Sequence record: MT661596.1
Direction: 5' to 3' (one strand)
Length of the DNA stretch: 64,000 nt
The notes beneath the pieces were generated by a model. It saw nothing but the letters and a program-made list of their open reading frames with translations, did no database searches and was not told the DNA's origin. This document shows positions 1 through 7,965 of the stretch, piece by piece. Numbering within the stretch: position 1 is the stretch's first letter; each line of letters opens with the position of its first letter. The translations under genes were made by a program, and so were the position numbers.

Positions 1-32
1 TTATAAAGATATGAACACTTAACTTAAGGGCG

Positions 33-578
33 GTGGATTCTGCCCTTTTATGCGGACTAGGTACAATTACAATGACAAATGGGTTAACCATGTTTATGGG
101 TTTAGAAGTTATAACAGCTATTTTATTAATGGTACTATCGAGCAGCGCATTGATTATAATGTTATTAAAGAAAATGAATGATGAATATAAACACCAACAA
201 GCACTGGAACGAATTAATATCAAAGTAACTAAACTTGTTAATAACCTAATAGAAAAGCTAAAAGAATCGGGTGACAGTTGCGTTTGTTCGGATAAGATGG
301 ATTACCAGAACTATATGGTAAAACATATAGAGAAATATCTTAAACGCAATGTAACTAATTACATAATCAGATATTCATATGGACAAAAATCCATCCTACA
401 ACTGATACCTAAAGTATCCATAAAGACAGAATCAACTTCAGGTGATATTCTTATTTCAGCTGGGGTCAGCGGGCGGAAACCTGCTATTGTAACAACCTTC
501 AATTTACCAGCGTCTGCCCATTGCAGTCGTTATTTTAACGAAACAATCCTAGCACAAAAGGAAATATCTAATGTCTAA
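33..578 (+). CDS. hypothetical protein with N-terminal transmembrane helix
   Basis: 181-aa ORF with a hydrophobic stretch (LEVITAILLMVLSSSALIIMLL); overlaps the next ORF start; true start may be a downstream ATG. Confidence 0.6.
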   Translation: MDSALLCGLGTITMTNGLTMFMGLEVITAILLMVLSSSALIIMLLKKMNDEYKHQQALERINIKVTKLVNNLIEKLKESGDSCVCSDKMDYQNYMVKHIEKYLKRNVTNYIIRYSYGQKSILQLIPKVSIKTESTSGDILISAGVSGRKPAIVTTFNLPASAHCSRYFNETILAQKEISNV

Positions 579-1815
579 ACAAACACCCAAAGAGCAAAAA
601 CAACTTCGTAAACAAGTGGCTGCTTTTGGCGGGTTGCAGTGGGAACACGACTGGGCTAACACCATTGGTCCTCACCTTGATAATTTGTTTCGCGATAACT
701 TAACTAATAAAGTACATCGCGAATATAAAGGTAAAGAACGCTTCCCTGTTAACTTTGGTATCGATTTGTCTGTTGATATGGCTAATCGTCGGTTTGTATT
801 GGTTGAATGGAAAACCTTTACAAAGGTGACCGATATTCGTGAAGCGGTAGAATCGGGCGAAGCTGAGGTTCAAACATTCTTTATTTCATTTAATGCTCTA
901 CAAGCTCAGGCTCGTAAAGCGACAGAAATGAAACAGAAACTCGATGCACGTTGGTGTTGTGTTCCAGAAGTCCCTGTTGTTGAAACAAAACCAGGTGCAG
1001 CTGACTGGTTGAAAGAACTACGCGCTGACGTAACCTCATACATGGTTAAGGCAAAAGAAATCTACATGAATAAGGTATCTGAACTCTCTAAAGAGTACGG
1101 TGAACTTAATGACCAAAACTTGTATGTTGGTGTTAATTTCGGTTATGATACCGATACGCGTAAACTCGTTTATATCTTGCAAACGCAAGGTCCTTTAGAT
1201 GCTATTAAAGGCGTCCCTTATAAACAAGACCACCGTGACTTGGATATGGGTGATTTAGAATTACCTACCCACGAACGCGATGTTAATGGTATTAACGCTC
1301 CAGCTATTCTAGCTGACCTTGTCGCTGAGGAAGGTGGGTGGATTCGTATTAGCCGTCCATCAAAAGACTGTTATGATAATAATGCTAAAGAACTAGTTGA
1401 TATCTTAATGGAACGCGCGACAGTCACTTGTGATAAAGCGATTGAGATTGCGGCTGACCACGGTATCTCTGGTGAACCTAAAGTTGTTTTTGATTCGTCT
1501 ACTGGTCGCCTTGATATCTACTATCATAACGACGGTCAAGCACATAAAGACCTTGATGAAGTGGGTCGTTTAAAAATGGGTCGAAACGTAGGTAACCTAC
1601 TTGATGTTATAACTCGTGTAGAGCCAGACCTATGGGTTGTAGCGTTACCGAAGTTCAACACCGTGTTCACAGATAAGTATGGTGACAACATCCCACCTAA
1701 ATATACTTTTGTTAAAGTAGAGCCTATCAAAGAAGATTTATCTGCTCGTGGGCTAACTAAAGTACACACCCCTATCGACGAATCGCCATTAGCGAATGAA
1801 GAGGTTATTCATTAA
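571..1815 (+). CDS. hypothetical protein, possible three-fold internal repeat
   Basis: 414-aa ORF, AAGGA RBS upstream, no recognised family. Confidence 0.75.
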   Translation: MSKQTPKEQKQLRKQVAAFGGLQWEHDWANTIGPHLDNLFRDNLTNKVHREYKGKERFPVNFGIDLSVDMANRRFVLVEWKTFTKVTDIREAVESGEAEVQTFFISFNALQAQARKATEMKQKLDARWCCVPEVPVVETKPGAADWLKELRADVTSYMVKAKEIYMNKVSELSKEYGELNDQNLYVGVNFGYDTDTRKLVYILQTQGPLDAIKGVPYKQDHRDLDMGDLELPTHERDVNGINAPAILADLVAEEGGWIRISRPSKDCYDNNAKELVDILMERATVTCDKAIEIAADHGISGEPKVVFDSSTGRLDIYYHNDGQAHKDLDEVGRLKMGRNVGNLLDVITRVEPDLWVVALPKFNTVFTDKYGDNIPPKYTFVKVEPIKEDLSARGLTKVHTPIDESPLANEEVIH

Positions 1816-1958
1816 TGTGCGACACTGACACAGTTGATGTTGTGTGCGATGATGGAAGTATTAAAAGAATGACTGTTGCTGAAGTTGATGCGTTACGCAT
1901 TCAGTGTAAGATGGTATTTGTTGTTCCGGGTAGTCGTCGTAAACAAAAAGATAACTAA
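1815..1958 (+). CDS. small hypothetical protein (47 aa)
   Basis: ATG overlaps the upstream TAA (TAATG); reads MCDTDTVDVVCDDGSIKRMTVAEVDALRIQCKMVFVVPGSRRKQKDN; followed directly by a terminator; below the ORF-track cutoff. Confidence 0.6.
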   Translation: MCDTDTVDVVCDDGSIKRMTVAEVDALRIQCKMVFVVPGSRRKQKDN

Positions 1959-1968
1959 ACTGACATAG

Positions 1969-2007
1969 GAGAGGATAAGGGTAATTCCTTATCCTCTCTT
2001 TATGCCG
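1969..2007 (+). terminator. hairpin terminator with TTTATGCCG tail
   Basis: 12-bp stem gagaggataagg/ccttatcctctc followed by tttatgccg. Confidence 0.8.
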
Positions 2008-2023
2008 TTTAAAAATCATTTAT

Positions 2024-2063
2024 TTTAAGTTGCAGTTAATTTCAGACCTATATGACCCACATG
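2024..2063 (+). promoter_or_regulatory. putative early (vRNAP) promoter, copy 1 of a duplicated cassette
   Basis: 29-bp tttaagttgcagttaatttcagacctata is identical at 4117-4145 and ends in a CCTATATTAC-like element (the phiKZ early promoter core is TATTAC). Confidence 0.65.
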
Positions 2064-2121
2064 AATAAACAGTAGTAAAGAAGAAAATACATTAACCTAA
2101 CTAATAACCCAGGAGTATATC

Positions 2122-2448
2122 ATGGAAAATACATTAATCTCTAACTTATTCGCTAAAGCAACTGAAGAAGAAAAAGCACTTATCCTTAAAGTGTTATCTT
2201 CTAAAGCCGCTGACAAAGACCAAGCATTATCCGATTTAAATAAACTTGCAAAAGAAAAGGAAGTAATTGTGGATGTTGTTAATACAGAAGAAGTAAATGC
2301 ACCTGAAACTAAATCAGGTATTGTTAAAACTGCAGCCATTGCAGGCGGTGTAGTATTAGCGGGTGTAGCAGCTTATATGCTCTATACTAAATTCGGTAAG
2401 AAAGCAGCATCAGTTGTAACCGGCACTGAAGAAGCTCCAGCGGAATAA
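2122..2448 (+). CDS. small bitopic membrane protein, EVNAPE family
   Basis: AGGAG RBS; EEVNAPET then TM helix AAIAGGVVLAGVAAYMLY, basic KFGKK and an acidic tail. Confidence 0.8.
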   Translation: MENTLISNLFAKATEEEKALILKVLSSKAADKDQALSDLNKLAKEKEVIVDVVNTEEVNAPETKSGIVKTAAIAGGVVLAGVAAYMLYTKFGKKAASVVTGTEEAPAE

Positions 2449-2503
2449 CCAGCAACGGGAAGCCGTCATGGATACAGTAGCTGTAACCAGTAGCACCAAA
2501 AAC

Positions 2504-2532
2504 AGCCTCCTGCTAAGGAGGCTTTTATGACC
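2504..2532 (+). terminator. hairpin terminator with TTTATG tail
   Basis: agcctcct-gcta-aggaggct followed by tttatgacc. Confidence 0.65.
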
Positions 2533-2616
2533 CACCTAACATAACCGCTCCTTATTAGGGGTGGTTATAACTAACACTTAAAAGAAACCCATCCCTAATT
2601 AAAGAAGGAACGTATT

Positions 2617-3063
2617 ATGTCAAACGAAAAATTAGCAGTTGTTTTATCACCAGTATTCATCGAAATCGTCACTGAGTTACGTACACAGTACGATAACCTT
2701 GAAACCATCGCACGCTTAGCAGAACGCCGCTTAATCTATCGCGGTGTAGAAGCTGCTTACGACGTCCTTATCACAGCAGAAGATGTTGCTTTAGCACTGA
2801 ATGTTGATTACGAACAAACAATCAAAACCAACTACGCAGTTAACCTGTATACTTGGTTAACAAAGAACTTACACACGCTGGTTGGTTGTGCTAAGAACTT
2901 AACTAAAGATACTTTAACTAAAGTATGGAACTCATACGCTGAATACGTGACAGCGAATAGCTATGACCCACTGTGGTTGAAAACTAAGATGTATAAATCA
3001 AATAACCCAATGTACTCTGCATTCGGTGTTATGTGTAAAAACATCTTAGATAAAGCTGCATAA
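2617..3063 (+). CDS. hypothetical protein
   Basis: 148-aa ORF, AAGGA RBS. Confidence 0.75.
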   Translation: MSNEKLAVVLSPVFIEIVTELRTQYDNLETIARLAERRLIYRGVEAAYDVLITAEDVALALNVDYEQTIKTNYAVNLYTWLTKNLHTLVGCAKNLTKDTLTKVWNSYAEYVTANSYDPLWLKTKMYKSNNPMYSAFGVMCKNILDKAA

Positions 3064-3126
3064 GTAAATTAGGGTAGGTGTAATGACCTACCCACTAAGT
3101 TCAATTATTAATCACCGGAGTTATAC

Positions 3127-3525
3127 ATGCTAGCCATTAATACATTAGATGCAATCATTACTAAAGTGAACGAAACAACAAGTCATGCTTTGTCAGTTCA
3201 AGTTAAAGCGCGCAATTCGGTTAAGTTAAATCCAGAAATAGATTTAGCACATTACGAATTAGCATCTAAAACTTTAGCTGTTACAATCGCCGTGCTCACA
3301 GCAGGTGCGCAATCTTTACTTTCAGCTGCTGAACTATATGGTGAAGAAGATGCGATTAACTACATCGGTCATCGTATATTGGAACTTGCTGAGTCTGTTG
3401 ACCGTATTAGTCGGGATGTGGCGGTGTACACGACTCAACAAAAAGGTCTTATCAAACTCATCTTGTCAGATGATTCAACACCCACTGATTTAACGGGTGA
3501 TAGAGCAGACATTACTTTGCATTAA
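3127..3525 (+). CDS. hypothetical helical protein
   Basis: 132-aa ORF, GGAG RBS. Confidence 0.7.
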   Translation: MLAINTLDAIITKVNETTSHALSVQVKARNSVKLNPEIDLAHYELASKTLAVTIAVLTAGAQSLLSAAELYGEEDAINYIGHRILELAESVDRISRDVAVYTTQQKGLIKLILSDDSTPTDLTGDRADITLH

Positions 3526-3592
3526 TAATAAACGATTTAATCTTCACATACCAGAAATACCCCAATCCAAATTAATTACCAGGAGTGCTACA

Positions 3593-4114
3593 ATGAATGA
3601 CTTTGACTACAACTTAGAAACTTTTAAACGTGTACTAACAACTATGTCAACTTGGAAGGTTACAGAGAAGCAAGCAAATGCATTAAAAGAGTTACGTTGT
3701 AATCCTGCATTTGAAGCTGTGTTTGGTAGCATCTATGAAGATAAAGGAATTATCACTGAACGTCAGTTATCTGAACTCACCAACTTTAAATTCAGTACCT
3801 ACGCATTAGTCCAGCAATATATTCGCGACCCTAATATTAGACTCACTGAGTTAGGTGAGGTGTACATTATGTGCGCCCCAAGGTCTATGTGGGGAGCTGT
3901 CAATTACAACAACCAACCGACCACGGTATTCATTATGTTAGATGAAGAACCGGAAGAGTCTTACGATAACGTCATTAAAATATACTTTATTGTTGATGAG
4001 AAGGTTAGATACACCGGATACTTCGTCACACACCCTGGCTTCTATAATGTATTAATTGATGCGTTAAACAAATACGTTCCAGAGAACGTTAAAGTCGTTG
4101 CTAAGAAATCGTAA
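3593..4114 (+). CDS. hypothetical protein
   Basis: ORF track gives 3497; the ATG at 3593 has an AGGAG RBS and is the more likely start. Confidence 0.7.
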   Translation: MNDFDYNLETFKRVLTTMSTWKVTEKQANALKELRCNPAFEAVFGSIYEDKGIITERQLSELTNFKFSTYALVQQYIRDPNIRLTELGEVYIMCAPRSMWGAVNYNNQPTTVFIMLDEEPEESYDNVIKIYFIVDEKVRYTGYFVTHPGFYNVLIDALNKYVPENVKVVAKKS

Positions 4115-4116
4115 CA

Positions 4117-4156
4117 TTTAAGTTGCAGTTAATTTCAGACCTATATAACGTAGGTG
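4117..4156 (+). promoter_or_regulatory. putative early promoter, copy 2 of duplicated cassette
   Basis: identical 29-mer to 2024-2052. Confidence 0.65.
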
Positions 4157-4206
4157 AATAAGCAGTAATAAACAACCTAACTAATAACCTTAAAAGGAAT
4201 AACTCC

Positions 4207-4482
4207 ATGTCTAATAACTTTGTAACAGAAGCAACAGAAGCAGTTGAAGAAGTCTTAAATTCTAAACCAACAACCAACAGTAATACATTGTCTGATTTAT
4301 CTGATTTAGTCGAAACGGTTGAGGTAGAAGCACCTAAGTCGTCATCTGTTGGTGCCAAGGTGGTTAAAACTACTGCGGTGTTAATTGCAGCTTCGGCAAT
4401 TGGTTATTTAGCATATAAAGCTTACAGCGCTTTGAGCAGTAAAAGTGCAACTGAAGAAACAACTCAGTCCGAACAAGCTTAA
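4207..4482 (+). CDS. small bitopic membrane protein, EVNAPE family
   Basis: EVEAPKS motif, TM helix TAVLIAASAIGYLAY, acidic tail. Confidence 0.8.
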   Translation: MSNNFVTEATEAVEEVLNSKPTTNSNTLSDLSDLVETVEVEAPKSSSVGAKVVKTTAVLIAASAIGYLAYKAYSALSSKSATEETTQSEQA

Positions 4483-4512
4483 TTTTAATCAACAATCATT
4501 AGGAGTAATATC

Positions 4513-4710
4513 ATGCAACACGTAACTATCAATACTAAAGAAGTCGACGCGCCAGAATCTAAAGTTATGGCGGGTGTTAAAATCGCAGTGGGTGCAATGG
4601 CAGTCGGTGTCGTTGCTTACGCTAGCTATGTTGGCTACAAGAAAGTTAAATCCATGCTTTCTGAAAACCCTTCTGAAGCGCCAGCTGAAACACCTGAGTC
4701 AGCGGAATAA
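4513..4710 (+). CDS. small bitopic membrane protein, EVNAPE family
   Basis: AGGAG RBS; EVDAPES motif, TM helix IAVGAMAVGVVAYASYVGY, KK, tail EAPAETPESAE. Confidence 0.8.
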   Translation: MQHVTINTKEVDAPESKVMAGVKIAVGAMAVGVVAYASYVGYKKVKSMLSENPSEAPAETPESAE

Positions 4711-4787
4711 ATCAATCATCCCCGCCGGTGGATTTACCGGCAACATTATTCAACAAACTAATTAATCACCTATAAGGAATCATCATC

Positions 4788-5180
4788 ATGACTACTCATA
4801 AAGAAACTCTGAACACTCAAGAAGTAAATGCACCTGAAACTGGTAAGACTGTTTTCCAATATGGTATCAATAAAAGTAAACTTACCATGACACAAGCTAT
4901 GGCTTCTGCATTAGCATTCTCTGGCGTCGGGTATGCGACCGGTGCTCTTTCTAGTAATACCGCTAAGTCATCCGCTATCAAAATTTTAGCAGTAAGTGCT
5001 ATACTCACTACAGCGACTGTAGGTATAACTACACTAGCCACACCAAAATCAATTCGTAACAAACGTGTCTACAGTGACTACATCGCGAACAACACTGCTA
5101 AAGATTATGCTCGTGTTGCAACATTCGGTGCAGCAACAGGTCTTGTTGCTTTAGCACTTAACAAAGCTTTCGGAAAATAA
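4788..5180 (+). CDS. multi-pass small membrane protein with EVNAPE leader
   Basis: N-terminus MTTHKETLNTQEVNAPET, then about three hydrophobic segments. Confidence 0.75.
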   Translation: MTTHKETLNTQEVNAPETGKTVFQYGINKSKLTMTQAMASALAFSGVGYATGALSSNTAKSSAIKILAVSAILTTATVGITTLATPKSIRNKRVYSDYIANNTAKDYARVATFGAATGLVALALNKAFGK

Positions 5181-5192
5181 GGAATTACCACT

Positions 5193-5402
5193 ATGACTAC
5201 TCATAAAGAAACTCTGAACACACAAGAAGTAAATGCACCTGAAACAGAAGCACTGAGCATAAAAGGTTTAGCTCTACCTACAATTACAATCGCTGTAGGT
5301 GTTGGTTTCAGTAAAGGTGAAGGCGGGCTTAATAAAGCTCTTGGTTACGGCATGGTAACAGCTGGAACTATTAAACTAATCGAACGTATTATGAAAATGT
5401 AA
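5193..5402 (+). CDS. small membrane-associated protein with EVNAPE leader
   Basis: same 18-aa N-terminus as 4788..5180, different body. Confidence 0.75.
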   Translation: MTTHKETLNTQEVNAPETEALSIKGLALPTITIAVGVGFSKGEGGLNKALGYGMVTAGTIKLIERIMKM

Positions 5403-5404
5403 AC

Positions 5405-5463
5405 CGGCATAAGAGGAGTCCCTTTTGGGGCTCCTCACTTTATGCTGACTTATTTTTTTTTTT
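5405..5463. terminator. bidirectional terminator
   Basis: cggcataa + gaggagtccc-tttt-ggggctcctc + tttatgctg + T-run, between convergent genes. Confidence 0.85.
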
Positions 5464-5464
5464 G

Positions 5465-6103
5465 TTAAGGATTACCACCACTCAAAGAAATAATTTTATC
5501 TTCAAGGTCTTTGATAATAATTTTAAGTTGAGTGTTCTCTTCCGTTAACTTGATGTTAGCTGCATGTTCGGTCTCACGGCGTTTAATACGTGACACTCGG
5601 TTACGTTCAGCTACACGATGCTGCTCCACAGTGATTGCGTTTGTGGATGGTGCGGTTGATAAGGTAACTGTGACTTTCTCAGCACCCGTTAAATCACTAG
5701 CCGCCGCTTCTATGACATCAATAAGTTGCTGCAATTGCTCACTTACGGAAGTTGGTAACGCTCCAAGAGAACATGATAAAACGATATGCTCATAACGGAT
5801 TGCAGAGTCATCTGGGTACTTTAATATGTAGGAACTAGGGACATATATAGGTGGCTCTTCTAATGACGTCAGTGTTATGACGTGCTCTAGAGACTCCTTA
5901 TCTTTCTCATAATCCTTTTCAGTTAACCCCTTGGGTTTATAGACTTCATTAAACACATCAACATTATCCAGTAACATCTCATCGATAGTTCTGGTTGCTT
6001 CAACAGTGTATATTACCGTTGGTGTGCATTTAAATGGTGTCTTTAACTCAAACAACCCTTTTAGCAAAATAGGTATAAGTTGAGGTTTTAAAGTAGCTGT
6101 CAT
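5465..6103 (-). CDS. phiKZ-like conserved (probable virion) protein with C-terminal coiled coil
   Basis: 212-aa ORF coupled to the upstream gene; position beside RNase H matches the recalled phiKZ block. Confidence 0.55.
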   Translation of the reverse strand: MTATLKPQLIPILLKGLFELKTPFKCTPTVIYTVEATRTIDEMLLDNVDVFNEVYKPKGLTEKDYEKDKESLEHVITLTSLEEPPIYVPSSYILKYPDDSAIRYEHIVLSCSLGALPTSVSEQLQQLIDVIEAAASDLTGAEKVTVTLSTAPSTNAITVEQHRVAERNRVSRIKRRETEHAANIKLTEENTQLKIIIKDLEDKIISLSGGNP

Positions 6104-7413
6104 TTAAATAACTCTTCCATATAAGGTTTTGCAATAACAACGAACTTAACACCGTCCATTGTCTTTGTTGCACAGATAACACCATCACGTATAACGCGTG
6201 ATACGCCAGCAGGAATAGGTGTAAACTCAGTCATGTTCTCAGCTGCCAGTAGTAACTCTTGCATACCGTAAACAAACTCAGCTGTACGTTTACTCATGCG
6301 GTTTGATTCAGCCCTGTCACTTGGGACAAGAATGTAATCCGGGTAAAGTTCACGAATCTTAAACTGACCATCAAGATTGGTCGGTTTACCGACAAAATAA
6401 CAAGCCAACGATTTATGTAAGAATGGAACGACTTGTAGCGATTTAATGATGTGTGTTTTATCCCACCATTTAAAGACTTTCAATGGTCGATTTAACATCG
6501 TTTCATAATCAACGATAGGTGAGTTAAGTGATTCGCGCACTTGCTTTTCAGGAATGCTATAGGACAACCAATCTGGCATAACGGTGAATTCGCGAGGATT
6601 AAATAAATCAGGAATAACTTTCGCCCATTCATCTTCATCAAATTTAGAGTTTTTAAGAATTTCTTCTTTTAATAACTCATAAATAGCATCGTCGTTATTA
6701 CCATTAAAACCCCAACCAATCACTTGCCAATAACAGACTTGGTATTTCTTAGGGTTGAATTTATCGTAAACTTTAAAATCAAGTTCACGTATAAAGGTTT
6801 GTGGGTGTGACCCGATAGCTTCATTAATCCATCGTGTAACATCACCTTTTGTTACACCGTCTACGGCTGCTTTAGCAGTGGCGTAATCTTCATGGAGAAT
6901 ATCCATGTCTTTGAGTTCTAATGGATGAACAGCTGCTAGCTCGAATTTAGGGTAGCTTAATTTAAAGGACTCGTCAGCAAACCATATTTTGATGAGATTA
7001 TCGTCATCACCCTTGAGTTTGCCTTGTAACCATTCGGGTGCCCAATTCTTACCATCGGATACCATGTTGCCGATAATAAGGTCATCCCAAGTCCCTCCAA
7101 AGTCAGCTTTAATCTGCTGGTGAACAATTGCCTTATCATTGGTAAACCGCCCATCTGTTATACGCGGTAGCATCCACGCCTGTAACTTCAGAATGGACTG
7201 TTTGAACTTGTCGTTGAGTTGGAAAGGTACGTCCTTCTCATCAGCGGCATAAAAAGACAGAAAAGAGGTGCCAATACTGTTCTTGTCAGTGTATATACCA
7301 ATATCCCTTGAAGAGGTAGCAGCAACCGGTGAAATCTCACCAATAGGGTTAACAGCTCCAGGAAGGTTATTAGATAGAGAAGGATACAAACCGAACCCTA
7401 AGATGTATTTCAT
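6100..7413 (-). CDS. phiKZ-like virion structural protein (gp157-like)
   Basis: 437-aa ORF; size and synteny with RNase H/RecA as recalled for phiKZ. Confidence 0.55.
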   Translation of the reverse strand: MKYILGFGLYPSLSNNLPGAVNPIGEISPVAATSSRDIGIYTDKNSIGTSFLSFYAADEKDVPFQLNDKFKQSILKLQAWMLPRITDGRFTNDKAIVHQQIKADFGGTWDDLIIGNMVSDGKNWAPEWLQGKLKGDDDNLIKIWFADESFKLSYPKFELAAVHPLELKDMDILHEDYATAKAAVDGVTKGDVTRWINEAIGSHPQTFIRELDFKVYDKFNPKKYQVCYWQVIGWGFNGNNDDAIYELLKEEILKNSKFDEDEWAKVIPDLFNPREFTVMPDWLSYSIPEKQVRESLNSPIVDYETMLNRPLKVFKWWDKTHIIKSLQVVPFLHKSLACYFVGKPTNLDGQFKIRELYPDYILVPSDRAESNRMSKRTAEFVYGMQELLLAAENMTEFTPIPAGVSRVIRDGVICATKTMDGVKFVVIAKPYMEELFK

Positions 7414-7482
7414 AAAGTTTGCCCTTTGTTAGTGGATAGGTTAAAATACATAAGATTAAACGATTTAAAGCTGGAGGATACC

Positions 7483-7893
7483 GTGTGGCTTAAAATACTG
7501 CAAGGAATTGTCTTTATTATACAAGGTGCAGTACGGTTCTTCAATAAGTTATCACTGGATGGGTCTAGTGCACGTAGCCGTGGTAACTGGTTGGTTTCTA
7601 TGCTGGCTGTATTTTTTCTAGTAACACTGGTAGCTGTATCTGGTTATAGTGTTGAGGAGTATGTGCTCAACCGCGAACTAGCCAAAACAAACTCAAGCCT
7701 ACATAATGAGATTGGAGAACTAAAAGCACAGCTATTAAAGTATGAGCCCGCAGCAATCATCGTGGACCAAAATAAATCGCTCTTAGAGCAAAATTATGAC
7801 CTAGGTGATAAAATTATGCAGTTGCGGTTAGAAAACCTTGCATTAGATGAAGAAAACTTTCGTTTAAAGAAAGAAGCATTGAGATGTGAGTAA
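7483..7893 (+). CDS. membrane-anchored coiled-coil protein
   Basis: GGAGG RBS before GTG at 7483 (track start 7426); TM LVSMLAVFFLVTLVAVSGY then heptad coiled coil. Confidence 0.65.
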   Translation: MWLKILQGIVFIIQGAVRFFNKLSLDGSSARSRGNWLVSMLAVFFLVTLVAVSGYSVEEYVLNRELAKTNSSLHNEIGELKAQLLKYEPAAIIVDQNKSLLEQNYDLGDKIMQLRLENLALDEENFRLKKEALRCE

Positions 7894-7965
7894 TTTAATA
7901 CTTTTCTGGGTAATTATAAGAAGAGATATTACAATCTAAATTAATTCACGATTAAGGAGTAAGTT

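Noticed and set aside
2024-5245. Direct repeats as a CRISPR array
   Set aside because: Only 2-3 copies, kilobases apart, lying in promoters and coding starts; no regular spacers and no cas genes
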